Shown here in pieces: positions 52,222 through 63,563 of a DNA stretch of 64,000 nt (within the stretch, counting starts at the first letter, position 1; every line of letters begins with the position of its first letter). Source of the DNA: Torpedo marmorata (taxonomy: Eukaryota); contig OZ360220.1 of assembly GCA_977017645.1 (NCBI GenBank), positions 175,398,001-175,462,000 on the forward strand, in the 5' to 3' direction. The notes beneath the pieces were generated by a model. It was not told the DNA's origin, did not search any database, and worked only from the letters and a program-made list of their open reading frames with translations. Made by a program: the position numbers and the translations under genes.

Positions 52222-53433
52222 TTTAGCAAATGCCTTTATATCAAAATAAACTTATCCCATTTACTATTGATAACCAATTGTTTAAAATTTGGTTTTAAAA
52301 AGGGAGTAAAAAAATAAATGACTGTTTTGAAGCTGGTAAATTTATCACTTTTCAAAGAATGAAAGAGAAGTTCAATGTATTAAATAATACACTCTTTGCT
52401 TATTATCAAATAAGAGCATGTTTGGTTGAAATGTTAGGGCATAATTTAATCTTACCAAGACAAAGTGAATTGGAGCTATTAGTTATTAATGGGGGTATAA
52501 ATAAATTTATTTCTCAGATGTATAGATTGTTACAGAAAAAAATGCCTAAACCAGGAATTCATAAATCAAGATTAAAATGGGAATTAGATCTGAATGTAAT
52601 AATAGATGAGGAACATTGGAAAGAAATATGTAAACAAAGTATGATGAAGATTATTAATGTTAGATATAGGTTGGTGCAATATAACTTTTTGCATCAGTTA
52701 TATTTAACTCGTAAGAAATTAAAGAAATTTAATCCAACATTATCAGATTTATGTTTTAGATGTAATAAAGGGGAAGGTTCTTTTTTTTTCATTCTACGTG
52801 GTTTTGTTCAAAGATATATGATTTTTGGTTGAAAGTTAAAAAAATTTTAGATAAAGTATTGAGAATTATACTCCCAATGGATCCTATGATATTTTTGTTT
52901 GGAGATATTAAAAGAATTAGTATTAAAATGAGATTAAATATGTACCAAATAGAATGTTTGCGAATTGCTTTAGCTGTTTCAAAGAAATGCATTGCTATGA
53001 CATGGAAATCTGATGTAGATTTAGGGTTAGAAAGATGGCATGCAGAACTTTGTTTATGCATACCATTTGAAAAAATTACTTATAATTTACGTAATAAATA
53101 TCATTTATTTTTGAAGGTATGGAGCCCATATATAAAAACTGTGGGTTTAAGGATTTGAAGATCTCTTGATATCGGGTCTGACTGGTGAACCCGTGTTCCA
53201 CAATAAAATTGATCTATAGTTGTTTCTTTCAGAATGACATTCTCCACACTCTATTCTTTTTTTTTCTTTCTTTTCTTTCTTTTTTAGTAGAGTAGAGGGG
53301 GTGGGTGGGTTAGGGAGGGGGAAGGGAGGGAGGGGAGGGTGAAAATATATCACATGTATTTTGATATTTCTGAAATTTATAAACATGTATTAGCGTGTGA
53401 TTAAAAATTTTAAATAAAATATTTTTAAAAAAA
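52222..53433 (+). mobile_element. L1, 5'-truncated, inserted in the Gypsy RNase H region
   Basis: ORFs 52359..53158; A-tail; 18-bp TSD AGAAATGTAGG(G/A)GAGGTG at 50464-50481 and 53434-53451. Confidence 0.92.
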
Positions 53434-55110
53434 AGAAATGTAGGAGAGGTGTCGTTGTTGTCTCGCGGACCATGGGTCTGAGACCTTGCTGAGTGCATGC
53501 GTCAATGGCTTGTGGTCTGTGTAGGCGATGAAAACCCTTCCCTCTAACATGTACCGGAAATGTCGCATTGCCAGGTACAGGGCCAACAGCTCATGGTCAA
53601 ACGCGCTGTATTTGAGTTCTGGCATTCGGAGATGTTTGCTGAAGAAGGCCAGGGGGCGCCACTGCTCATCGACAACCTGCTCCAGCATCGCGCCGACCGC
53701 TCTGTCCGAAGTGTCTGTTGTAAGGGCCGGGGGGAGGAAGAGTCAGGGTGAGCCAGAAATGTGGCCTCCGCCAATGAGGCTTTGGTTGCCTGGAATGATT
53801 CAACAGCTTCGTGTGTCCACTGGAGTGCCTTGTCGCCGGGTTTGATGAGGTCGAACAGTGGTTGCATGAGGGTGGCTGCTTCTGGGAGGAAACAATGATA
53901 AAAGTTCACCATCCCTAGGAATTCCTGTAGGCCTTTGACCGTGTTCGGTCAAGGGAAACGCTGGATGGCTTCTACCTTGTCCGGAGGTGATACGGTGTCC
54001 CAGGAAATCAATTGTCTCCCGGCCGAATTGGCATTTAGCCGGGTTCACTGTAAGTCCGAACTCCTCCAACCTGTCTAATAGGCGGGTCAGGTGCGTTCTG
54101 TGCGTGTTGGCGTCGGGACTGGCGATGAGGATATCATCCAGGTAGATGAAGATGAATTCGAGGTCCCTGCCGACCACGTCCATGAGATGCTGAAATGTCT
54201 GGGCTGCGTTTTTTAATCCAAAAGGCATTCGAAGGAATTCGAATAGGCCGAAAGGTGTAATGATGGCCGTCTTCTGGATGTCGTTGGGATGCACCGGAAT
54301 TTGATGGTACCCTGACGAGGTCCACCTTGGAGAAAATTCGGCAACCTTGGAGCCTTGTGGCAAAGTCTTGGACGTGTGGGATGGGATATCTGTCGGGGAC
54401 CGTGATGTCATTGAGTCGTCTGTAGTCACCACATGGGCGCCAACCGCCGGAGTTCTTCTGGACCATGTGAAGCGGGGACGCCCAGGGGCTGTTCGAACGG
54501 CAGACAATACCCAACTCTTCCATGGTGGCAAACTCGGTCTTGGCTAGGAGAAGTTTGTCCTGCGGGAGGCGCCGTGCCCGTGCGCACACTGGTGGTCCTG
54601 TGGTTTCGATGTGGTGCTCCATACCACGTGCTGGCTTAGCGTCATGGAAACTGGGGGCCAACAGTGACGGGTACTTGGCCAGTAAAAGGGCATATTCATT
54701 GCTGTCTAGAGCGTGGATGTCCAACAGCAAAAAGGAATGTTGCCGTAGAGTGAGGGGGTACGACTGGAATGTGGTAGCGTTGACCAAACGACACCTGTTC
54801 ATGTCCACTAGAAGCTTATGTGTCCGGAGGAAATCGGCTCCGAGTAGGGCTTGTCCAACGGACGCAATCGTACACTCCCAGTGGAAAATAGTTTCTGCGG
54901 CATGGATCTTGACTAGACAGGTGCCGCAACTTGGGATGGAAGAGCCGTTGGCTGCCTGTATGGGGAGGCCCTTAGCTTTGTGCTTGAGCTCGAAGTACGT
55001 CGGCGGGATGAGGCTTATCTCCGCACCCATGTCGACTAGGAAATCTCTCCTTGTCCGCTGGTCCCTAAGATACAGCAGGCCCTTATGCGTGCCAACCATC
55101 CAGGCCTCTA
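53434..55110 (-). pseudogene. Gypsy pol: protease, RT and RNase H (frameshifted)
   Basis: [10 protein letters not shown] (protease, DTG changed to DMG), [47 protein letters not shown]. Confidence 0.92.
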
Positions 55111-55136
55111 TTGGCGGCTGGCCTGTTCGTTTCTCG

Positions 55137-55849
55137 TCACCGCGCTCGACTTGGCATTGGGGTACGAGCATGGGGAACGCACTGCTGGGCATTGCGGCCC
55201 CATCTGCGGTGGTAGAAACAATACTCGCTCCGCTTGTCAGAGCGCTGCGGTTGGGCCGCGGCTACTGCTGGTGGGCCCAGCTGGGAGGCCAACTCTGGTA
55301 CCTGGGTTGCACCGGAGGCATTGACGGCGTAGATCGGTTGCGCGTGTATGGAGTTCTGTTGCGGGGTACGGAAAAGTCTGTCTGCCTCCTTGGCTACCAG
55401 GTGCGGGACGCTGAAATCCATGTTCGATACTGCCGAGGAAACAGGGCCTCGAACAGGAAACAGTCTGTGTGCCCATCTGCTAAAGCCACCATTTCATGCA
55501 TGAGCTCAGAGGGATTTCTATCGCCCAGGCTTTGCATATTCAGGATACGGACGGCGCGCTCGTGCCGGCTGAGCTCTAGGGAGTCAAGGAGGAGAAGCCG
55601 GAATTGTTTGTACTTGTACTCCATTGGAGGATTTTCCACGAAGGAGCTTACTTTGGCTGCGGTGGCGGCGTCCAAGGCACTGACGATGTGCCAGAACTTG
55701 GTGTCTTCCGAGACAATGCCTCTGAGCTGGAACTGTGACTCGGCCAGATGTAACCAGTTCCTGAGCTGGTTGGCCCAGAAGGGCGGCAAATGTATGCCCA
55801 CAGCGTTGGTCGCAGCCGTTGCGACTAGAGCGGTAGCGGCATCTTGCAT
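55137..55849 (-). pseudogene. Gypsy gag (frameshifted)
   Basis: LPPFW..W...AESQFQLRGI..EDTKF and [14 protein letters not shown] (CHCC-type knuckle). Confidence 0.88.
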
Positions 55850-55881
55850 TTTGTCGAGGTGGGTTCCAAAAACGTTGGAAC

Positions 55882-55895
55882 CGTCGGGGTCACCA
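55882..55895 (-). promoter_or_regulatory. Primer-binding site, tRNA-Trp
   Basis: Minus strand TGGTGACCCCGACG one base after the 5' LTR; complementary to the 3' end of vertebrate tRNA-Trp. Confidence 0.88.
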
Positions 55896-55896
55896 C

Positions 55897-56219
55897 TGTA
55901 GCGGCTACAACGGCAGCGCTATCGGAATAAAATACGTTCACACAGTTGGAGAGTGAACCAGAAAGTCTTTAATGTTTGAATCGCTCGCGCTACTGAACAA
56001 GGGACGACGCACTTCCGGTCCCCATGCGTCGGTGCCAGGAAGTGACATCAGCACGCTGTGGAGCCTCCGCCTACCTAGCGTGGTGACGTCCCCTAGGCAA
56101 TGCGCGTCGCTAAACGCGGGCTTCTCCTTAGAAGGGAAAGGGGGCCCGTGACATCTTGTGCCGACCGACTGGGGCAGCGATTCGGCTCGCCTGAACGCGC
56201 GGCCATTCGGCCCGCTACA
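55897..56219 (-). repeat. 5' LTR of the Gypsy element
   Basis: TGTAGCGG...CCGCTACA, 323 bp. Confidence 0.95.
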
Positions 56220-56229
56220 TATATATATA

Positions 56230-56861
56230 CAGGTGCCTAACCTTTTATCCGGAATTCCGAAAACAGGAAACCTCCGAAAACCGAACTTTTTTTCATGGAT
56301 GTCATGTGCTCACCAAACATGACCCGACGCGACCTACACTTAGCTCACGCTTGAAAATCCCGTGTTGGTCCACTTCGGTAGTTAGTGGAACGTCGGGGAC
56401 GTCGGCCTCCCGGCAGCAGCGGACACACCGTACAGGTATGGACGCCCCTGCAACCCAACCCCCCCTTGTCCAGCGCCTCCGATTTGGAACGCAGATTGCC
56501 GTCGCTGGGGAGGGAGAGAGATTGAAGAGGGAGAGAGAGCGACGGAAATCTGCGCATGTGTTCCAAATCACAACGCAGGAGCGGGGCCAATGTCGGCCTC
56601 CCGGCATGTCAGGAGCGGGGCCGGCATCAGCCTTCCGGCAGGTCAGGAGCCAGGCTTGCTTCGGCCTCCCGGCAGGTATGCAGCAGAGCCGGCGTCGGTC
56701 TCCCGGCAGGTCAGGGGCTGGGTTGGCATTCCAAATCACAACGGGGCCAGTGACGTCGGCCTCCCGGCAGCAGCGGAGACGTTGGCCTCTATAATCCGAA
56801 AAAATCCGAATTCCGAAAAGTGTCCGGTCCCAAGGTTTTCAGATAAAAGGTTAGGCACCTG
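56230..56861. mobile_element. Tigger/pogo-type MITE
   Basis: 20-bp TIR CAGGTGCCTAACCTTTTATC / GATAAAAGGTTAGGCACCTG, TA on both sides, TCCGAAAA subterminal motifs, GC-rich core. Confidence 0.9.
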
Positions 56862-56873
56862 TATATACACACA

Positions 56874-57720
56874 CAGCCATACCTCGACTTACGCCCAATC
56901 GAGTAACGTCCGATCGCAGATACATCCAAGGTCACCATAAGGGCTTAATAAAAAATTTAAAATTTACGCCAGGACCGACATTGGCGGGCGTTAGCGGACG
57001 TTAAGTCACACATCACGCATTCGACACATGGGCTCAAAAGCCAAAACAAAGCGATTGCGCTGCCAGCCGTATAATGGTACACAGTATACACCTAACTTAT
57101 AGTACAGTACATATATGTAATTGAAATCTATGATATATGTATGTACTTTTTATTGTTATTGTGTTATTACGTTAATGTGTACTATCTCTATTTACTATGA
57201 AAAAAGCACACTGTACTGTATAACATTTTTCTAGTCTCGATAGCATACGAGGCACCAACATCCGGCATCAAATCACATTCCGTGCGGTCTCTTGTTTGCG
57301 TGTTATCTCGTTGGCTAAATTTTATCTGAAAATATACAGTGCATCATGGCCCCTAAACACCCCCAAAGCAAGCCTCTGGCAGAATCGAAGAAGAAAAGGC
57401 ATGCCATCAATTTGGAAGAGAAGCTAAAGGTGGTAAAGCAATATGAAAGTGGTAAAACTGTAAATGTTATAGCGCGTGACTTGGGATGGTCTCACTCAAC
57501 TGTAACCACAATCTTGAAGAATCGAACGAAAATTACCCAGGCTGTTTTATTAACTATGGTATTTAGACATGTGTATGTACAATATAGAGATTTAGGTAAA
57601 TATATATGTGTGTCATGGTATCTTATGTTGTACAGTATATTTCACCTATAATTATTGACTTATACCCAAATCAATTTGCGTCCCCACTTCCAGAACGTAA
57701 CCTGGACGCAAGTTGCATGG
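56874..57720 (+). mobile_element. Tigger-like DNA transposon deletion derivative
   Basis: Left end CAGCCATACCTCGACTTACG, degenerate right end; retains the transposase N-terminus. Confidence 0.7.
57346..57546 (+). pseudogene. Truncated Tigger/CENP-B-type transposase, N-terminal psq HTH only
   Basis: MAPK..KKRHAINLEEKLKVVKQYESGKTVNVIARDLGWSHSTVTTILKN; no DDD domain follows. Confidence 0.8.
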
Positions 57721-57735
57721 GGGGGGGGGGGATGG

Positions 57736-57737
<2 letters not shown>

Positions 57738-57814
<77 letters not shown>
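57738..57814. repeat. (GT)n microsatellite
   Basis: Direct reading. Confidence 0.97.
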
Positions 57815-57815
<1 letters not shown>

Positions 57816-58334
57816 ACATCGGCCAGGTTTAGGGCCTGATGAAGATATCACAAAGTTCCTGGAATTTATGTGGCAAATATCAGCAGATCAGCCAACATTT
57901 CCCGACAAAATCTGGCCATGAGAAAGGTCTTGCATTTAATCCACACAAGGACATTCCATCTCCTTTCCTGCACATGTAGAATATCAAAATCAAATTTCTT
58001 ATCACAGTTTAAAGACTTTTATAAACAAGTAGATAGACCATTTGTCACATAAGCCTAAATGTGTCAGTTCATTTTCTAAACAATTCTTTTTAAACAACTA
58101 AAAATGAAAGATAGCAAGAGTAGCCTGCAATTGAGATAGTCTGTGCTTTCAGAACAATTGTATAGTGCAGAATTAAGAAGCTATACACTACACTTTAGTA
58201 TCAGCAACATAACATTCTATGAATTATATTGTTGAAACTTTTCCTTTTGCAAACAACATATCTTTTCATTTACATTGAACAAATCACATTTATGAGTGAT
58301 ATTTTCTATATCGTTTATAAATAAATAAATATAT

Positions 58335-59014
58335 ACCGTTTATTTTGGCGTATGTCGAGTCTTGAGACCCTCAAAAATCACTCAAAATGGGGGGGTCAAC
58401 TTATACGGTAGATATACTTTTGAGACCTTAAATTCAACAAAAAAAAAAAACCGCTCGATGTAGATTCGGCTTTTGAGACGACCTGGAAGCACCTCCCCAC
58501 TGCCGCTCCCCGACACCTCCCCCCCGCCGGGCGCCGCCATAACCCACCCAGACATTCTACAATTGTAGAGCCTGAGTTCGCCGCTCCTACCCGGAAGCCT
58601 GAGGTTGCCGCTCCTGCTCGGGAGAACGAGGTCGCCGCTCCTGCCCGGTAGGCCGAGGTCCCCACTCCTGCCCGGTACGCCGAAGTTCCCGCTCCTGCCG
58701 GGAGAATGAGGTCCCCGCTCCTGCCGGTAGAACAAGGTCCCCACTCCTGCCCGGGAACCGACACGTAGCCGTAGTTCCTGCACCGAGCACACTTGGGCAG
58801 CGAGGAGACGACTTTGATGCGGATGCCACTGCACCCGATGTTGAGAATGGAGTCGCCGTCGCCGTCGCTGACTCCGGCTGCAGCCGATGCTGAAGACTCG
58901 GACCCAGCACCGTTTGGCATCTTCCCGGCCAGAAGTAAAGGTTTTTTTTACTTGCTTGTTTAATTTACAGCTTTGTTACTTGGCGATTGGGGTGTTTTAA
59001 CAAATTTTGGTTTG
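58335..59014. mobile_element. Second, diverged copy of the 575-1383 MITE, broken by an L1; carries a dmrt1-like insert
   Basis: TA plus degenerate TIR CCGTTTATTTTGGCGTATGTCGA; colinear with 575-1195, including the 27-bp repeats; right part not seen in the window. Confidence 0.85.
58759..58920 (-). pseudogene. dmrt1: dmrt1-like exon-1 fragment (N-terminus plus first half of the DM domain)
   Basis: ATG CCA AAC (MPN) start and LPKCARCRNYGYVS (58759-58800); an adjacent frame gives KSSPR just before it; compare DMRT1 KKSPRLPKCARCRNHGY(A/V)S. Confidence 0.7.
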
Positions 59015-60293
59015 TCTCAGTAAAACAGTCAATTGTGTTAAAGTAGTAATAGGTTTTGTCATGTAAATCAATACATCATCTGCAAATAAACTAATTTTAT
59101 GCTCTTCTTTTCCAACGTTAATACCTCCAATCTTAATATCTTGTATAATTAATTCTGCTAACGGTTCTATTGCTAAAATAAACAATGCTGGTGACAAAGG
59201 GCATCCTTGTCTAGTTGACCTAGTCAACAAACATTTTGAAGAAATTTGTCCATTTGTCACCAGTCTGGCAGAGGGTTCTTTATATATAGTTTTAATCCAA
59301 ATAATAAATGTAGTTCCAAAACCAAATTTTTCCAACACTTTAAATAAATAATTCCACTCTAATCTATCAAAAGCCTTTTCGGCATCTAATGTTAATACTA
59401 GTGCTAATTCCTCTTTCTTTTGTGCCACATTTATTAAACTAATCAATCTGGCAATATTATCTTTTGAATATCTATTCTTAATAAAACCTGCTTGATCTAC
59501 ATGAATTAAATCTGGTAAATATTAAGCCATTCTATTTGCTAAAATTTTCGCCATTATTTTATAATCCACATTTAACAATGAAATTGGTCTATATGATTCT
59601 GTTTTCAACAAATCTCTATTTTTTTTAGGTATAACTGTTATTATTGCATTTTAAAATGTTTCCGGTAGAGAATGAGTTTCTGTTATTTGTTTTAGCACCT
59701 CCATATATGGAGGTATCAATAAATCCTTAAATTCCTTTTAAAATTCTGATGGGAAACCATCCTCCCCTGGAGATTTTCCACTTGTTAAAGAACTAAGAAC
59801 ATCATTAACTTCTCTCATTGTAAACGATGTATCTAAAAGTTTTTTACTTTGAATATTTAATCTAAGTAACTTAATTTTAGATAAAAATTCATTAATTTTA
59901 GAATCATCTTTATCAACTTGAGATTTATATAAATTTAGATAAAATTCCTTAAATTAATCATTTATTTCTCGAGGTTTATATGTTATTTTCTTTGGATTCT
60001 TTTTTATAGCACTTACAGTTCTAGAAGGTTATTTGACCTCTTAAATAAGCCATCAAAGCTTCCCAAATAATAAATTTATTGTCAATGGAATTAGAATTAA
60101 TCTGTAAAAATTCTTGAATTTCTCTTCTTATCTAATTACAAAAATCCGTTCTTTTCAATAAAGAAGAATTAAATCTCCATCTATATATAATTTTTTCTTT
60201 TTCCGGAATTATACGTCATTAATAGAGGCGAATGATCAGAAATTATTCTTGCTTTATATTGCGCTTGAGTCATCCTATCTTCTTATTGTGATG

Positions 60294-60537
60294 ACAAAGT
60301 ATAGCCGCTGACGAGCCTTCTTTGTGATTGCATCAACGCGGATGCTCCAGGACAGATCCTCGGAGATGTTGACACCCAGGAATTTGAAGTTCTTGACCCT
60401 CTCCACTACTGAGCCCTCGATGAGGACTGGGTCATGTTCCCCTGACTACCTCCTGAAGTCCACAATCATCTCCTTGGTTTTGCTGATGTTGAGCTCAAGG
60501 TTGTTGTCATTACACCATTCAACGAGCTGATCTATCT
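60294..60537 (-). mobile_element. Internal Rex1 RT fragment inside the L1 endonuclease
   Basis: Close match to about 40852-41095; no tail or TSD. Confidence 0.85.
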
Positions 60538-60997
60538 ATTCTATTCTAGAATAAGAATCATGTCTAAAAGAATAAAAGGAATAATCTTTTTCTTTTGGAT
60601 TCAATTTCCTCCAAATATCTATTAAATTCAAATCTTTCATCAAAGTAAGAATTCTTTTAGTAGTTTTGGTTCTAATAATTCATTTCGATGTTTTATCCAT
60701 TATTGGATCTAAACAACAATTGAAATCCCCACCAATTAAAATATTATCATTTGCTTCTGACAAGTGCATAAATGAGTCTTGAATAAATTGTTCATCTTCC
60801 ATATTTGGCACATATATATTCATAAGTGTCCACATTTCTGAGTATATTTGACAATTTATTAAAACATATCTTCCTGCCATACTATAACCACAGATTGTAT
60901 TTTAAAAGGTAACTTTTTATTAATTTCAACTTCTGATGTTCTATTTCTGTCAAATGTGTCTCTTGCAAAAAAGCTATATCAACTTTTAACTTTTTAA

Positions 60998-62519
60998 AAA
61001 ATATTTTATTTAAAATTTTAAATCACAGAATACATAAAATAAAATATGAAATTATCAAAATACTTGTAATACATTTTCACCCCCCCTCCCATCCTCCCCT
61101 CCCCAACCCTCCCAACCCCACTAATCTAATATAATAAAATTTAAAAAAGAAAGAAAAAGATAAGGTAAGGAGATTGTCAATCTAAAAAATACATCTATAA
61201 ACTAATTCTATTATGGAGGTCAGGTAGCCAGTAGATCCGATGTCCAGAGATCTTCAGATCCTTAAACCAACAGCTTTCATATATGGGCTCCATATTTTTA
61301 AAAAGAAATGATATTTATTCTGTAAATTATAAGTAATTTTTTCAAGTGGTATACATGAACGAAGTTCTGCATGCCATCTTTCTAACCCTAAATCTAAATC
61401 AGATTTCCAAGTAATAGCAATACATTTCTTTGAAACAGCTAAAGCAATTCGCAGAAATTCTATTTGATACATATTTAATTTCATCTTAATACTAAATTTT
61501 TTAATATCTCCATACAAAAATATCATAGGATCCATTGGAAATGCAATCTTAAATACTTTATCTAAAAACATTTTAACTTTCAACCAAAAATCATAAACTT
61601 TTGGACAAAACCATGTAGAATGTACGAAAGAACCTTCCTCTTTATTACATCTAAAACATAAACCTGATAATGTCGGATTAAATTTCTTTAATTTTTTAGG
61701 TGTTAAATATAATTGATGAAAAAAATTGTATTGTACTAATCTATATCTAACATTAATAATCTTCGTCATACTTAATTTATATAATTCTTTCCAATGATTT
61801 TCATCTATTGTTACGTTCAAATCTAATTCCCATTTTAATCTTGATTTATGAATTCCTACTTTAAGAGTTTTCCTCTGAAACAATTTATACATTTGAGAAA
61901 TAAATTTATTTACATCTCCTTTAGTAACTAATAATTCTAATTCATTCTGTCTTGGTAAGATCAAACTATAACCTAATTTCTCAATCAAAAATGCTCTAAT
62001 TTGATAATAAGCAAAAAGTGTATTATCTAATATATTGAATTTATCTTTCATTCTTTGAAAAGTAATAAATTTCCCAGCTTCAAAACAATCATTTATTTTC
62101 TTAATTCCTTTTTAAAACCAAATTTTAAATAGTTGATTATTAATAGTAAATGGAATAAGTTCATTTTGATATAAAGGCATCCTTGGAGAAATCATTCCTT
62201 TTCCTCCTATTTCCTTATCCGTCTTATTCCATATTTCTAACAAATGTTTAAGAATAGGAGAATTTTTCCTTCTTGTTGATATTAATTTAGAATCCCATTT
62301 ATAAATAACTTCTTCTTTGGAATCTTCTCCTATATTATTTAATTCTATTTTAATTCAAGCAGAAGATTTAGTTGGATCAAAAAGTTCATTAACAAATTTT
62401 AGTTGAGCTGCTTTATAATAATTTTGGAAATTAGGAAGTTGTAAACCACCCATTTCATAATTCCAAGTTAATTTTTCTATACCTAATCTTACTAACTTTC
62501 CTTTCCATAAAAATTTTCT
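60998..62519 (-). mobile_element. Young L1, 5'-truncated, nested in L1
   Basis: ORF 61254..62051; TSD AACTTTTAACTTTTTAA at 60981-60997 and 62520-62536. Confidence 0.92.
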
Positions 62520-63563
62520 AACTTTTAACTTTTTAATATATGCTAGAGTTTTCTTCCTTTTAATCGGATTATTTAGCCCATTTTATATTAATACTGACTA
62601 CAATTATTAATTTACTATCCGCCATTTCTAATATTTTATAACTCTCTCTCCATCAGACATACCGGTTCCCCCTTCCACATTTGTAATCTATTTGACATCT
62701 CCTTAGAAAAAAAAAGAAAATAAATAAAAAGAAAATAAAAAACTGAAAAACCCACTATATAATACTGGTATATTTACACCAGTACTACCACCCTCCATTG
62801 TTCGGGAAATGGCCCTCGCCATTCTGGTGACGTGTGACTAGGTACGGAGAAGACAAAAAGTCCACTCCCCCCAACAGATTTTACACAACATTTGTTATCA
62901 TTTCTTCATCCAGCTTCTTCGAGATCTCTGTTAGCTTGATCCTCATCTATTTCGACCCCATCATCTTGTCCTGAAACTCTTGGTGAAAGAAAGTCCCGAG
63001 TCGGTTCCGTAGTAACTTGAAGTTGCCCCAACAAATCTTGATCTTTCTTTAATTTCAGAAGTTAATTTGCATGCTCCAAAGCATCTTGATAATCAGTAAA
63101 AAAGAATGACTGATTCTCTCCAGACTGTAGTCAATGTCGCAGGATATCTAAATGAAAATTTATATCCTTTACTCCACAAAATTGCTTTCGCTGGATTAAA
63201 TTCTTTTCGTTTTTTTATTATTGCTGCGCTTAGATCAGCATAACAAAATACCCTATTTTTATCAATTATCAATGGACTCTGGTTCCTTCTAGCATTTTGA
63301 ACAGCTAATTTCAGTATCTTCTCTTTATCCTGGTAACGAAGACATCTGATTAAGACTGAACATGGCCTTTGTTCAGGATACGATTTCCTTCTGCTATCTC
63401 TATGAGCTCTGTCTAATTCAAGTTCATTTGGAAAGTATTCAATACCCAAAATGTCTGGAATTCTCTTTTGAAAAAATTCAGTTCAATTCATCCCTTCAAA
63501 ATCTTCGGGCAATCCCACAATTTTAACATTATTTCTCCAACTATGATTCTCCAATATATCTAT

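Larger units (their letters stand above)
48827..56219 (-). mobile_element. Full-length Gypsy LTR retrotransposon (CsRn1/Kabuki-like), frameshifted and interrupted by two L1s
   Basis: Two 323-bp LTRs, tRNA-Trp PBS, PPT, and domain order gag-PR-RT-RH-IN. Confidence 0.95.

Noticed and set aside
54522-55901. 459-aa plus-strand ORF
   Set aside because: Antisense to GC-rich gag-pol with no recognisable domain; most likely a shadow frame, although its length over frameshifted sense ORFs is mildly curious.
57346-57651. Domesticated TIGD/CENP-B gene
   Set aside because: Only the first HTH remains, between transposon-like ends; no catalytic domain.
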